Source of the DNA: an uncultured Colwellia sp. | Lineage (GTDB): Bacteria; Pseudomonadota; Gammaproteobacteria; Enterobacterales; Alteromonadaceae | Reading direction: 5' to 3' | Assembly: GCA_963933115.1 (NCBI GenBank) | Contig: CAWVSL010000002.1 | Coordinates: forward strand, 53,531-117,530 | Length of the DNA stretch: 64,000 bases | Part shown: piece by piece, positions 31,356 to 41,578 of the stretch | Position numbering within the stretch: the first letter of the stretch is position 1 | Layout: each line of letters begins with the position of its first letter | The notes under the pieces: model-generated | Databases searched by the model: none | Told to the model about the DNA's origin: nothing | Seen by the model: the letters and a program-made list of their open reading frames with translations, nothing else | Made by a program: the position numbers and the translations under genes

Positions 31356-31409
31356 TGGATAATTCCTCAAATTTTGATACCAAGTTAATGGTAAGTAATA
31401 AATGTATTA

Positions 31410-31435
31410 AAGCAGAAGCAATTAGCTTCTGCTTT
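31410..31435 (-). terminator. rpsB-tsf intergenic hairpin (partial terminator/attenuator)
   Basis: AAGCAGAAGC / GCTTCTGCTT perfect 10-bp stem with a 5-nt loop, 33 nt after the rpsB stop. The trailing sequence is only moderately T-rich, consistent with read-through into tsf. Confidence 0.6.
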
Positions 31436-31467
31436 AATAGATAAAAAAAATGTGTCTAAAGAGCTAA

Positions 31468-32196
31468 TTACTCAGCTTCAACAAAACCATCTTTTTCAGC
31501 TTGTACTGCGATGTTTTGCTCACGACCTTCAAGAACTGCATTGGCTGCAGAGTCAAGATATAAAGTAATAGAACGAATCGCATCATCGTTACCTGGAATG
31601 ATGTAATCGATATTGTCAGGATTAGAGTTAGTATCAACTACAGAAATCACTGGAATACCTAGATTGTTAGCTTCTTTAATAGCAATGTGTTCATGATCTG
31701 CATCAATGATAAATAAAACGTCAGGTAAACCACCCATATTTTTAATACCACCTAGACTCTTGTCTAGTTTTTCCATTTCACGAGTACGCATTAACGCTTC
31801 TTTTTTAGTAAGCGCTTCAAAAGTACCATCAGAGCTTTGAGACTCAAGGTCTTTAAGGCGTTTGATTGATTGACGAACTGTTTTCCAGTTAGTCAACATA
31901 CCACCTAACCAACGGTGATTAACGAAAAATTGGTCAGATTTTATTGCAGCATTTTTAATAGCATCACTTGCAGCACGTTTAGTTCCAACAAATAATACTT
32001 TACCTTTCTTAGACGACACGTTATTTAAAACAGCTAAAGCTTCATTAAACATAGGAACAGTTTGTTCTAAGTTAATAATATGAACTTTATCACGAGCACC
32101 AAAAATGAATTGCTTCATTTTAGGATTCCAGTAACGAGTTTTGTGTCCAAAGTGAACACCAGCTTTAAGCATATCGCGCATTGAAACGTTTGGCAT
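31468..32196 (-). CDS. rpsB: 30S ribosomal protein S2
   Basis: 242 aa. [35 protein letters not shown] at 32203..32208. Confidence 0.98.
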   Translation of the reverse strand: MPNVSMRDMLKAGVHFGHKTRYWNPKMKQFIFGARDKVHIINLEQTVPMFNEALAVLNNVSSKKGKVLFVGTKRAASDAIKNAAIKSDQFFVNHRWLGGMLTNWKTVRQSIKRLKDLESQSSDGTFEALTKKEALMRTREMEKLDKSLGGIKNMGGLPDVLFIIDADHEHIAIKEANNLGIPVISVVDTNSNPDNIDYIIPGNDDAIRSITLYLDSAANAVLEGREQNIAVQAEKDGFVEAE

Positions 32197-32360
32197 TTTA
32201 ATTTCCTTTATGGGGTTAAGCGTTCATACACCCAATATACACGACTCTTATTGCTGTTCTATCTTATGATAAATCAGCTGAGCACCCCGGTATATCTTTA
32301 AAAGATGTATGTGAGTTTATGTTTAATACCACCTTTGGCAGCATCTATTATTTGTCTAAA
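32197..32360 (-). promoter_or_regulatory. rpsB-tsf 5' leader (candidate S2 autoregulatory structure); extent approximate
   Basis: 412-bp ORF-free region upstream of rpsB. On the minus strand, GGGGU (complement of 32284..32288) can pair with ACCCC (complement of 32212..32216), which sits immediately 5' of the SD. E. coli rpsB has a long structured 5' UTR used for S2 autoregulation. Homology not tested. Confidence 0.35.
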
Positions 32361-32608
32361 ATAACGGGCTATGAATATAAATAAATAATCACAATTAATT
32401 TAGCGCGAACTTTATAACATAAAAGCGAAGAATTAACTATTAAAACCGAACAAAACACAAACCAGTGATAAATTTAAGCTAAATAAAAGATATGAATTTA
32501 TAAACAACGTAAGAATTGATACATTGGTTATAAATTTGATAGGCTATTTTACTAACACACGTTAAAATCACCTTTTTATAAAATCATTCAACCCAGAGTC
32601 CTTAATAC

Positions 32609-33214
32609 ATGAATGCTGAACTATTTTTTATCTATGACACCCATTGCCCTTGGAGTTATGCAACTACCTCGTTAGTTAACTGCATTTCAGAAGCTTTCCC
32701 TGAAATGAAATTAAACCTTTTTCACAGTGCCCGATACGAAGGTGATGAATTAATCACGCCATTAACATTAGACGCTATCGTAAATGACTCAAACACTACA
32801 TTTTCAGCTAGCTATATAGATAACCTAACACAAGAAAAAGACTCAACCATTAGTGCTAATTTACTTGCATGGGCACAAGTAAAAGCGCCTCAATTAGTCT
32901 TGCCATTAATTAACACCATTGAGAAGCTGCATTTCGAAAAAGGCCTAGCGTTAACAACCGAGGTTGATTTTATTGATATTATTACTGAATATAAAATATC
33001 ACCACCAGGTAAAGTATTTAACAATGATAAATTAACCAAAGAAGCAGAAAGTATTATTCATCATATTACTGAATTTCAAGAGTTGATGAATACTGATGCA
33101 ATTCCTGCTCTTCTTTTAGCAGTTGAGGATAATCTTATTTTGCTAAACCATAATCTATACTTAAAACAACCTGAATGTATCGTTGAAGCGATAAACTTAG
33201 AGCTTAATAAATAA
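32609..33214 (+). CDS. DsbA-like thioredoxin-fold protein with monothiol CPWS motif
   Basis: 201 aa. N-terminal beta-strand + FIYDTHCPWSYATT (position of the CxxC motif in DSBA-like proteins, second Cys replaced by Ser), a helical insert, then a cis-Pro-type loop TDAIPALLL. Confidence 0.6.
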   Translation: MNAELFFIYDTHCPWSYATTSLVNCISEAFPEMKLNLFHSARYEGDELITPLTLDAIVNDSNTTFSASYIDNLTQEKDSTISANLLAWAQVKAPQLVLPLINTIEKLHFEKGLALTTEVDFIDIITEYKISPPGKVFNNDKLTKEAESIIHHITEFQELMNTDAIPALLLAVEDNLILLNHNLYLKQPECIVEAINLELNK

Positions 33215-33318
33215 CATACAAAAGCTAATCGAGTTAGGTTAAAATAAAATTATTAAATGTTCACTAATTACAAAACATGATTGATTTTGAACAAAAAAAC
33301 ATTAAAGATGAGGGTTAA

Positions 33319-34107
33319 ATGGGCATAACAATTAAAAGTCAGGAAGAAATAGCAAAAATGCGTATTGCTGGGCAGCTTGCCGCAAACGTACTGGAAATGA
33401 TAGCCCCCCATGTAAAAGCAGGTGTGACTACTGACCAATTAAATACGCTTTGCGCTGATTATACCGAAAATGTACAGGAGGCTATTTCAGCACCTTTAAA
33501 CTATCATCATTTTCCTAAGTCTATCTGTTCTTCGGTTAATCATGTTGTCTGCCATGGTATTCCTAATGATGTGCCACTAAAAGATGGTGATATTGTTAAT
33601 CTCGACATCACGGTTATTAAAGATAAATACCATGGCGATACTAGTAAAATGTTTATCATTGGCGAAGGTACTGCAGAAGACAACCGTTTATGTCGCATTA
33701 CCCAAGAAGCACTTTACGTTGGTTTGAAAAAAGTAAAACCAGGCACTGCTTTTGGTGAAATAGGTACCGCTATTCAAAAATTCATTAAAAAATCTGGTCG
33801 TTACTCAATAGTTAAAGAATATTGTGGCCATGGTATTGGATTAGTCTTCCATGAAGAGCCTCAGATTGTTCATTATAAAAATAATGATAAAGAAAAAATG
33901 CTTGAAGGTATGTGTTTTACTATTGAGCCTATGATTAATTTAGGTCGAGCACAAACAGTGACTGATAAAGTTGATAACTGGACTGTCACCACTATCGACG
34001 GTAAAAGATCAGCACAATGGGAGCATACAATAGTAGTGACTAAAACGGGTTGTGAAATACTAACGTTAAGAAAAGAAGAGTCATTACCTCGCCTATTGCA
34101 TAATTAA
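33319..34107 (+). CDS. map: type I methionine aminopeptidase
   Basis: 262 aa. VCHGIPN, DIVNLDITV, GHGIG and FTIEPM metal-ligand motifs. Confidence 0.97.
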   Translation: MGITIKSQEEIAKMRIAGQLAANVLEMIAPHVKAGVTTDQLNTLCADYTENVQEAISAPLNYHHFPKSICSSVNHVVCHGIPNDVPLKDGDIVNLDITVIKDKYHGDTSKMFIIGEGTAEDNRLCRITQEALYVGLKKVKPGTAFGEIGTAIQKFIKKSGRYSIVKEYCGHGIGLVFHEEPQIVHYKNNDKEKMLEGMCFTIEPMINLGRAQTVTDKVDNWTVTTIDGKRSAQWEHTIVVTKTGCEILTLRKEESLPRLLHN

Positions 34108-34136
34108 TTTAATGAAAAATAAGCAAATATAAATTT

Positions 34137-34178
34137 AGTGAATTCATTACCTTTTAATAAAGCTTGAGTGAATTCATT
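34137..34178 (+). repeat. two exact copies of AGTGAATTCATT spaced 30 bp, upstream of glnD
   Basis: Copies at 34137..34148 and 34167..34178. Each contains the palindrome TGAATTCA. The second copy ends 28 nt before the glnD TTG start. Confidence 0.7.
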
Positions 34179-34206
34179 TTCTTGTTAATAAAATAGAGAA
34201 GTCACA

Positions 34207-36831
34207 TTGCAACGCCATTCCATCTTGCCTGAACATTTTATCGAAAAACTGTCGCTAACAACTGATGCACTTTCAAGTAGTGATATTTGTTTATTAAGCC
34301 AATCGTTTAACGTGTGGTTACAAGAGCAGTTTTCTTTTGAAGAAAGTGCTGATTTAATTGCTGCTCGAGCTGATTTTGTCGATCAAGTGTTAACCAAACT
34401 TTGGTCACAACATCAACTTGATGAATATCAAATAACGCTCATCGCGGTAGGTGGCTATGGTAGAGCTGAATTGCACCCTCACTCAGATGTTGACTTATTG
34501 CTTCTCACTCAAAGTAATATAGATAAAGTGCTTGAAGAAAAAATTTCCGCTTTTATTACTCAACTTTGGGACGTCAAGTTAGATATTGGCCACAGTGTCA
34601 GAAGTGTCAAAGAGTGCATAAAACAAGCGATTAAAGATGTCACTGTTGCCACTAACTTAATGGAGATGAGACTTATCTGTGGGAATGCTGCGCTTTCCCA
34701 GCAACTTCAATCATTACTTAACGAAGATACCTTTTGGACCTCCAAAAAATTCTTTATTGCCAAACGTGTAGAACAAGAAAAGCGCCACCAACAATATCAT
34801 GGTGCCGCATATACCCTAGAACCCAATTTAAAAGCTAACCCCGGTGCACTTCGGGACATCCAAACTATTGGTTGGGTGGCAAAACGCCATTTTGCTGCCG
34901 ACTCTCTTGAAGAGCTAGTAGAGCATGACTATTTAACACGTAATGAATTCTTTGAATTATTAGAATGTCAAAATTATCTTTGGCGCATGCGTTTTGCCCT
35001 ACATTTTGTCGCAGGCCGCAGTGAAAACAGATTATTATTTGATTATCAAGCTGATGTCGCAACGTTGATGGGGTTTGGTGATCAAGGCAAAGCCCCTGTT
35101 GAACGAATGATGAAACGGTTTTTTAGAATTATTGGCCGTGTTGCAGAACTAAATACTATGCTACTGCAGCACTTTGAACAGGCAATTCTAAGACAAGACG
35201 ACAGTATAAAAATAACAACAATTGATAAAGACTTTTATTATTCAAACGGTCTCATCCAAAGCGATAATGCCCGTATTTTTATGAACCCAGTTAAGATAAT
35301 AAAAATATTCTTATTAATTGCTCAGCATAACGAAATTAAAGGCATTCACTCCCAAGTACTCAGATTGTTGAGGAATGCCCGCAGGCGGTTAATTTCTGGT
35401 TTGTGCGATTATGCTGAAAATAGACGTTTGTTTATAGAGATTATTCGTCATCCAAGAGGTTTAGGCTTAGCTTTCACTCTAATGCATCGGCACAGTATTT
35501 TAAGTGCTTATTTACCAGAATGGCGTAACATAGTTGGACAAATGCAATTTGATTTATTTCACGCATATTCTGTTGACGAGCACAGCTATCGTTTAATCAA
35601 AAACCTATACCGATTTAGTCAACCAGAGCATAATCATCAATTCCCTTTGTGCTCTAAGATAGTCCAAAGGAATCGCAAGCCAGAAGTGCTTTTTCTTGCT
35701 GGCGTTTTTCATGATATTGCTAAAGGACGAGGTGGCGATCATGCAGAGCTAGGTGCTATTGATGCTCTAGCTTTTAGCAAAACCCATAAATTAAATGCTC
35801 ATGACGGCAGAATGATTTCATGGTTAGTAAAACATCATTTGTTAATGTCGGTAACGGCTCAACGCAGAGATATATCAGACGAAAATGTTATTCAAACCTT
35901 TGGTGAAATTGTTCGGGATGAAGCTCACCTCGACTTTCTATATTGCTTAACAGTTGCCGACATGAGGGCAACAAATGAAAGTTTATGGAATGGTTGGAAG
36001 GCTAACTTACTAGAAGAATTATATTTTAATACTAAGCGAGCATTCAGAAGAGGTTTAGAAAAACCAGTAGACTTACGTTCAAAAATTCGTGAAAATCAAA
36101 GACTGGCTATTGAGCAACTCACAACAGTTAATATTGAAAAATCAGCAGTAAGTGACTTATGGCATGACTTTAAGACTGATTATTTTCTGCGTTATACACC
36201 AGATCAAATAGCATGGCACTGCCAAAATATTTTGAAACATCATAGTGATGAACCTTTGGTTATCATTAGCCCTACGCCCTATAGGGGTGGTACTCAGGTC
36301 TTTGTATATACCAAAGCTCATAATACTATTTTTGCTTCAACTGTAGCGTTATTAACGACTAAAAAGCTGTCTATTCATGATGCAAAAATTATTACAAGTA
36401 AATCTGGTTATACCTTAAATACATTTGTAATTTTAGATCAACGAGGTAAAGCGATCAAAGATCAGAACCGTACGGCTGAGATTGCTCAATCAATAGCATT
36501 AACATTAACCGAAAAAACATTAACTAAAATAGAAATTCAACCAATTTCAAAGCGACTTAAGCATTTTAAAACACCCACTCGAGTTAATTTCATTAAAACC
36601 AATGGAAAACGAGGATCGTTGTTAGAAATTGTATCAACAGATAGATCGGGATTATTGGCGATAATTTCTCGAATATTTAGGGACAAAAATATTAATATCC
36701 ATTCGGCTAAGATCACCACTTTTGGAGAAAAAATCGAAGATGTATTTACTATTTCAAATAGTAATAATCAAGCATTGACAGTGGAAGAACAAGCCGAATT
36801 ATCGAATACATTATGTGAAGAGCTATCTTAG
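34207..36831 (+). CDS. glnD: bifunctional [protein-PII] uridylyltransferase/uridylyl-removing enzyme
   Basis: 874 aa. Nucleotidyltransferase motif [24 protein letters not shown] domain ([12 protein letters not shown]), two C-terminal ACT domains. TTG start. Confidence 0.95.
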   Translation: MQRHSILPEHFIEKLSLTTDALSSSDICLLSQSFNVWLQEQFSFEESADLIAARADFVDQVLTKLWSQHQLDEYQITLIAVGGYGRAELHPHSDVDLLLLTQSNIDKVLEEKISAFITQLWDVKLDIGHSVRSVKECIKQAIKDVTVATNLMEMRLICGNAALSQQLQSLLNEDTFWTSKKFFIAKRVEQEKRHQQYHGAAYTLEPNLKANPGALRDIQTIGWVAKRHFAADSLEELVEHDYLTRNEFFELLECQNYLWRMRFALHFVAGRSENRLLFDYQADVATLMGFGDQGKAPVERMMKRFFRIIGRVAELNTMLLQHFEQAILRQDDSIKITTIDKDFYYSNGLIQSDNARIFMNPVKIIKIFLLIAQHNEIKGIHSQVLRLLRNARRRLISGLCDYAENRRLFIEIIRHPRGLGLAFTLMHRHSILSAYLPEWRNIVGQMQFDLFHAYSVDEHSYRLIKNLYRFSQPEHNHQFPLCSKIVQRNRKPEVLFLAGVFHDIAKGRGGDHAELGAIDALAFSKTHKLNAHDGRMISWLVKHHLLMSVTAQRRDISDENVIQTFGEIVRDEAHLDFLYCLTVADMRATNESLWNGWKANLLEELYFNTKRAFRRGLEKPVDLRSKIRENQRLAIEQLTTVNIEKSAVSDLWHDFKTDYFLRYTPDQIAWHCQNILKHHSDEPLVIISPTPYRGGTQVFVYTKAHNTIFASTVALLTTKKLSIHDAKIITSKSGYTLNTFVILDQRGKAIKDQNRTAEIAQSIALTLTEKTLTKIEIQPISKRLKHFKTPTRVNFIKTNGKRGSLLEIVSTDRSGLLAIISRIFRDKNINIHSAKITTFGEKIEDVFTISNSNNQALTVEEQAELSNTLCEELS

Positions 36832-36870
36832 GTAACTTTACACAACAAAATTTAACCTTAAGGAAGAAAA

Positions 36871-37701
36871 ATGAGTAAATTAAAATCTATCATAGAACAA
36901 GCGTTTGAAAATCGAAATGAGATCACTCCAGCAACCGTATCAAGCGAAATTAAACAAGCGGTATTAGAATCATTAGCGGCATTAAATAATGGTTCAGCTC
37001 GAGTAGCTGAAAAAATTGCTGGCGAATGGGTAGTACACCAATGGCTTAAAAAAGCAGTTTTATTATCTTTTCGAATTTGGGATAACAAAGTAATTGATGG
37101 AGCTGAAAGTACTTTTTTTGATAAAGTACCAATGAAATATACTGATTATACTCAGGAAATGTTTGAAGCCGACGGTGTTCGAGTCGTGCCAGGGGCTTCT
37201 GTTCGTACCGGTAGTTTTATTGGTAAAAATGTAGTGGTCATGCCAAGTTTTGTTAATATTGGTGCTTATGTAGACGAAGGTTGTATGGTTGATGGTTGGG
37301 CAACGGTTGGCTCTTGTGCCCAAATAGGCAAGAATGTCCATTTATCAGGTGGCGTTGGCATTGGTGGCGTGCTGGAACCTTTGCAAGCGGGCCCAACTAT
37401 TATTGAAGATAACTGTTTTATTGGTGCACGCTCAGAAATTGTTGAAGGCGTTATAGTAGAAGAAGGTGCTGTTATTTCAATGGGTGTTTATATTGGTCAA
37501 AGCACTCGTATTTTTGACAGAGAAACTGGTGAAGTTTTCTATGGCCGAGTACCTGCTGGCTCTGTTGTGGTACCAGGGAACTTACCATCAAAGTGTGGCA
37601 CTTATAGTTTATATGCTGCCATAATTGTTAAAAAAGTAGACGCTAAGACTCGTGCAAAGGTAGGTATTAATGCCCTACTTCGCTCAGTTGCTGAAGATTA
37701 A
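36871..37701 (+). CDS. dapD: 2,3,4,5-tetrahydropyridine-2,6-dicarboxylate N-succinyltransferase
   Basis: 276 aa with hexapeptide repeats. SD GGAAG precedes the ATG. Conserved glnD-dapD adjacency. Confidence 0.96.
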   Translation: MSKLKSIIEQAFENRNEITPATVSSEIKQAVLESLAALNNGSARVAEKIAGEWVVHQWLKKAVLLSFRIWDNKVIDGAESTFFDKVPMKYTDYTQEMFEADGVRVVPGASVRTGSFIGKNVVVMPSFVNIGAYVDEGCMVDGWATVGSCAQIGKNVHLSGGVGIGGVLEPLQAGPTIIEDNCFIGARSEIVEGVIVEEGAVISMGVYIGQSTRIFDRETGEVFYGRVPAGSVVVPGNLPSKCGTYSLYAAIIVKKVDAKTRAKVGINALLRSVAED

Positions 37702-37728
37702 TAGCAAATAGTCATGTGGTAAACTAAC

Positions 37729-37761
37729 AAGCACTTAAGAGCTACATTAAGTGCTTTTTTT
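37729..37761 (+). terminator. rho-independent terminator after dapD
   Basis: AAGCACTTAA (37729..37738) pairs with TTAAGTGCTT (37747..37756), with an 8-nt loop. The T run extends to 37761. Confidence 0.8.
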
Positions 37762-37946
37762 ATGACCATTTTACCCTAGTTAAATTTTTTTACTCAAGTC
37801 ACTATCTTCCAAATCGATAGTTTTTTTCGCCAATCTTTTGATGAAACCATGAATTACAATATGAATTAAGTGATAAAAACGCTCTATGACCACTCATTGC
37901 TAAAGATCTTAATTCAGTATAGAAATCGCTATCTCTATTACTTAAC

Positions 37947-38750
37947 TTAATTCCATGATGACAAGTTTAATACTTGTTGCCATTGTTCGTCAAAAGGTGC
38001 TGAAATAGTGATTTTTTTGTTGTAGATAGGATGAATAAACGACAGTTCTTTGGCAATTAACATTAAACGTTTAAAACCAAAGTGCTCAATAAAAAAAGGA
38101 TTTTGTTTATTATCACCGTAGTTAATATCACCAATAATTGGGTGCCGTAAATGGGCAAGATGACGACGAAGCTGATGGCGCCGTCCCGTTTGAGGTAATA
38201 GCCGAATTAGGGAGTAACGAACACTGTCATATTTTCCAATAGCGATAGGTAAACTCACCGTTTTAATTGATTGATAATAAGTTTGGGCTGCTTGAGCTGG
38301 TTTGTCTCGACTGACATTTTTATCACCTAACTTATCAAGTTTTTCTTTAAGGGGGTAATCAATTAAATTTTCACCCAGAAGATGACCACGTGTTAACGCA
38401 TAATATGTTTTTTGAATGTTTTTATTACTATCATTCAGACTGAAAGCCTCCCCCATCTTTTGTGCTACATTTTTTGTTAAAGCAAACAATAAAACACCTG
38501 ATGTAGGTCTATCTAGTCTATGAAGCGGATAAACGTATTGTCCTACCAAATCACGGACAAGTTGCAAGGCAAAGTAAATTTCGTCTTTATCCATGAAGCT
38601 TCGGTGAACAAAGAGACCTGGAGGTTTATCTATCGCAACTAGATATTCATCTTGATATAAAATCGTTAACTGTGGTTTGTTAAGTTCATAATCAATTTGA
38701 GCATCTGTTAAGCTATTTAAATTTTCCGTTATTATTGTATTGCTTATCAT
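37947..38750 (-). CDS. truC: tRNA pseudouridine synthase (RluA family, TruC-like; no S4 domain)
   Basis: 267 aa. Catalytic motif HRLDRPTSGVLLFA and LHRQLRRHLAHLRHPIIGD-type C-terminal motif. Size and architecture fit TruC. Confidence 0.8.
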   Translation of the reverse strand: MISNTIITENLNSLTDAQIDYELNKPQLTILYQDEYLVAIDKPPGLFVHRSFMDKDEIYFALQLVRDLVGQYVYPLHRLDRPTSGVLLFALTKNVAQKMGEAFSLNDSNKNIQKTYYALTRGHLLGENLIDYPLKEKLDKLGDKNVSRDKPAQAAQTYYQSIKTVSLPIAIGKYDSVRYSLIRLLPQTGRRHQLRRHLAHLRHPIIGDINYGDNKQNPFFIEHFGFKRLMLIAKELSFIHPIYNKKITISAPFDEQWQQVLNLSSWN

Positions 38751-38870
38751 ATTTAACTGCTCTGATGTTGTTGACTTTATTTGTTCGATATTTACCTTGG
38801 TGTTAGTTAATAATTATCTCTATAATACCGCTTCAACACAACATTCACTTATTATTAAATTCAATTAAAT

Positions 38871-39929
38871 ATGTCTGGAATCCAAAGTTCACCCACAAAA
38901 ATCGCTACCATTAGTGAATTACTCGCCTTGTCAGATAGTCAATATCGAATCTACGATTTAGGGCGTCGCGTTGATAAAATATCAAAAGAGCAATTTACAC
39001 AGATAGAATCGAATCAACTGGCCTACCCTTATCCATCTAAAGGGCATGCTTTTATTGCCATTGCATTTTGGCAGAAGCACCTATCACAGCCCTTTTTATG
39101 GTTTGTAAAAATCCCACTTGATGAGTATGGTTTACTTAATCAAGCAGCAAGAGATCATTTTATTGCTATCATTATTGAAGCCTTAGGCTCAAATATAACT
39201 ATTGTTCCCAGCGAAAAACAAGAGCAGTTATTAAAAAATAACCCTTATCATTTTACTCCGCCACAATACAAACTTGCAGCTTTAAATAGTAAAATAAAAC
39301 TTGAATTAAAACAGCCTGGTAGCGAACATTTACATTTATTTCTTCAATATATTGCCGGTGATTTAACTTGGGGGAATTGGCAGGAAATTGGTGTACAGGG
39401 TATTAGCGACTTTGCCGTACGAATAAATGAAGTTGGCAATACCCAATTATTAATTAGCGCACTTCCAAAGTTAGCAACTGAAGTTTTATTGCCATTATGC
39501 AGTGCCTTAGAAAATGAACCACTCACAGTTGAACTTAGTAATAGTATTATTAATGCCTATTACGAGTATGAAGACAATAACAATGGTATTGAATTACAGC
39601 AGCATTTACTAAGAGCACTGTCTTCTAGTTGTCATCAAGCTCACGTTATTGATTTTGCAAGAGAATTATTAGTAAGTAAAAAACCATCAACGGATATTTT
39701 AATTATACTCTCTGGGCGATGCTGGTTATTGTGGCAAAAACCAGAGCGGCTAATGGGTTATTTAGAGTGTATAGTTCAAATGAAAAACCAACCTCTTTTT
39801 TCAGCCATATTTAAAGACTTAGTTGGGATTCCAGTAATACGTCCCAATATATTCCTTTGTATGAGAGATCCAAAACGCAGTAATGAACTTGCTCAAGCCA
39901 TTGGTTTATTATTAACGAACAGTAACTAG
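38871..39929 (+). CDS. conserved hypothetical protein (DUF3549-like)
   Basis: 352 aa soluble protein with no recognisable catalytic motif. The family label is from memory of gammaproteobacterial annotations and is unverified. Confidence 0.45.
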   Translation: MSGIQSSPTKIATISELLALSDSQYRIYDLGRRVDKISKEQFTQIESNQLAYPYPSKGHAFIAIAFWQKHLSQPFLWFVKIPLDEYGLLNQAARDHFIAIIIEALGSNITIVPSEKQEQLLKNNPYHFTPPQYKLAALNSKIKLELKQPGSEHLHLFLQYIAGDLTWGNWQEIGVQGISDFAVRINEVGNTQLLISALPKLATEVLLPLCSALENEPLTVELSNSIINAYYEYEDNNNGIELQQHLLRALSSSCHQAHVIDFARELLVSKKPSTDILIILSGRCWLLWQKPERLMGYLECIVQMKNQPLFSAIFKDLVGIPVIRPNIFLCMRDPKRSNELAQAIGLLLTNSN

Positions 39930-39947
39930 AGATTAAGACAGGTAACA

Positions 39948-40250
39948 ATGGAAAATATTTATTATATACTGGGTTTTTGTTTATTATGTTGGTACTTCGT
40001 CTATATTAGAAAGGTCTCTGAAGCCGCACTTAAACATTGCCAAAATTATTGTGATAAAGAAGAACTACAATTTATCGCCATTGCCAGACGTACTAGTCGG
40101 TTCAAATTTACTAAAAATGACGGTTTTTATCTCTTAAGTACTTATGATTTTGAATTTAGTGGTGATGGAGACTCTTGTTATCAAGGTATGGTTAATTTAA
40201 AAGCGCTAACATTAGATAGTATTGAGCTGCCCGCTTATCGCATTCATTAA
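39948..40250 (+). CDS. small membrane-anchored protein (DUF3301-like)
   Basis: 100 aa. N-terminal TM helix IYYILGFCLLCWYFVYI. Starts 18 nt after the preceding stop, so likely co-transcribed. Family label from memory. Confidence 0.45.
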   Translation: MENIYYILGFCLLCWYFVYIRKVSEAALKHCQNYCDKEELQFIAIARRTSRFKFTKNDGFYLLSTYDFEFSGDGDSCYQGMVNLKALTLDSIELPAYRIH

Positions 40251-40403
40251 TTAGAACATTCACCCATTAGCAATAGTGACTAATTGTGTTTAAATTTTTG
40301 TTACTCCACTATTTTACAGTGATAATTTTTATTAATCATATTAGTTTTAATCTTTAATACGAGTATACCGTTGTGTTACTCATGATTTTTTAGGTCGCCA
40401 TTC

Positions 40404-41018
40404 ATGAATTGTATTCAATCAGTTGAATTGATAAACAGCTTTAGCCTTTCACCATTAGCAGTAAAGGCTAATAACAGTAAATGTGAGACGTTAGAACAAC
40501 AAAAAAAAATGAGATTTCCAAAAGAGCTGAAAACTTATATTGAGCAAATTTGCCCTTTAGTTAGCACAAACATTAAAGGTGTGGGTCATCCTATTGAACT
40601 GTTATCAATTGAACAACTTTCTTGGCAGATGGATGGCTATAATTTCGACACCGTCAATCAAACGACGATTAAAGACTGGCAAGATAATTGGTTTTTAATC
40701 GCTAGTGAAGGTGGTGAACCTATCATTATTGATTTAAACGAGAATATCAATCACGATGATGTTCTATCACCTGTCTATAGCGCTATGCAAACCAGTAATG
40801 GCTGGGATTTTGCCAAAGTTGCTGACTCTATTGGCCAGTACTTGTTGTCTGCTAAAGCGATTGAGCACGCTATGAGTTTTCCAGACGTCGATGAACCTAT
40901 TGATGAAAACTTTAATCTCGCATCACCGGCAGCTCAATGGTTATTTCCGTATTTGAAAACACATGCAGCGAACCATTATGATGAGTGGGCATCGGTATTT
41001 GAAAATTATTTAGATTAA
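40404..41018 (+). CDS. SMI1/KNR4 (SUKH superfamily) protein
   Basis: 204 aa. LEQQKKMRFPKELKTYIEQ (N-terminal helix with the LP..y..f pattern) and WFLIASEGGEPIIIDL (the f.ig.dggG..l.ld pattern) are typical of SUKH domains. Confidence 0.6.
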   Translation: MNCIQSVELINSFSLSPLAVKANNSKCETLEQQKKMRFPKELKTYIEQICPLVSTNIKGVGHPIELLSIEQLSWQMDGYNFDTVNQTTIKDWQDNWFLIASEGGEPIIIDLNENINHDDVLSPVYSAMQTSNGWDFAKVADSIGQYLLSAKAIEHAMSFPDVDEPIDENFNLASPAAQWLFPYLKTHAANHYDEWASVFENYLD

Positions 41019-41578
41019 TTTTATTATGCTATTACAGTTTTATATCTCAAAGTAGTTATAAAAAGTTCGAGTTATAGCCAACATAAAGTTAGGTGGGGTC
41101 ACTTGAAAGTCTGCCGCAATATTACCAGCATTAAAGCACCATTAACTTTTGTCTGGTGTTAACAAATAAATTTTGGGTTTTGGCAAGTTTAGTCACTATT
41201 GTTTAGGGTAAACATACTCTGATATTACATAGATAAGAAATACTAATAGCCTACCCCATAGCTGATTTACCTAAATAAACACACTATTAAAATTAGCTAC
41301 GAATGATGTTCAAATTAAACATTGATTATAAGCACAAGCAATCTATTTTCATAACTCTCCCATACTTTAAGGCCTCATAGTTACAGTAATTAGCCTAAAA
41401 AAGTTGTATTAAGCTCTTTAGTGTTTTATCTACAACATAAAAATAAGTAACAAGATATTACGTTTACAAAATATAATTGGTAAAGCTGTCACACAAATAA
41501 TATATTGTAGACAATGAAGTTATTGTTAATAATTATCGCAATAACAACGAATTAAATTATTTACCCGAGGAGAAAAAA

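Noticed and set aside
37801-37827. Second hairpin plus T7 run (ACTATC...GATAGTTTTTTTT) 40 nt after the dapD terminator.
   Set aside because: Only a 6-bp AU-rich stem with a 9-nt loop. It could be a back-up terminator but is too weak to call as a feature.
37830-37925. 31-aa minus-strand ORF downstream of truC (MSGHRAFLSLNSYCNSWFHQKIGEKNYRFGR; coordinates approximate).
   Set aside because: No SD, no recognisable family and short length. It overlaps a plus-strand hairpin plus T7 run (37801..37827). Most likely non-coding.
41124-41157. ACCAG...CTGGT hairpin and a locally GC-richer patch (GGTGGGGTCAC) in the 560-bp spacer upstream of the M16 peptidase. Considered as a riboswitch, sRNA or terminator for the SUKH gene.
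   Set aside because: Short interrupted stems with no T-run directly after and no resemblance to any riboswitch class I know. Insufficient evidence.
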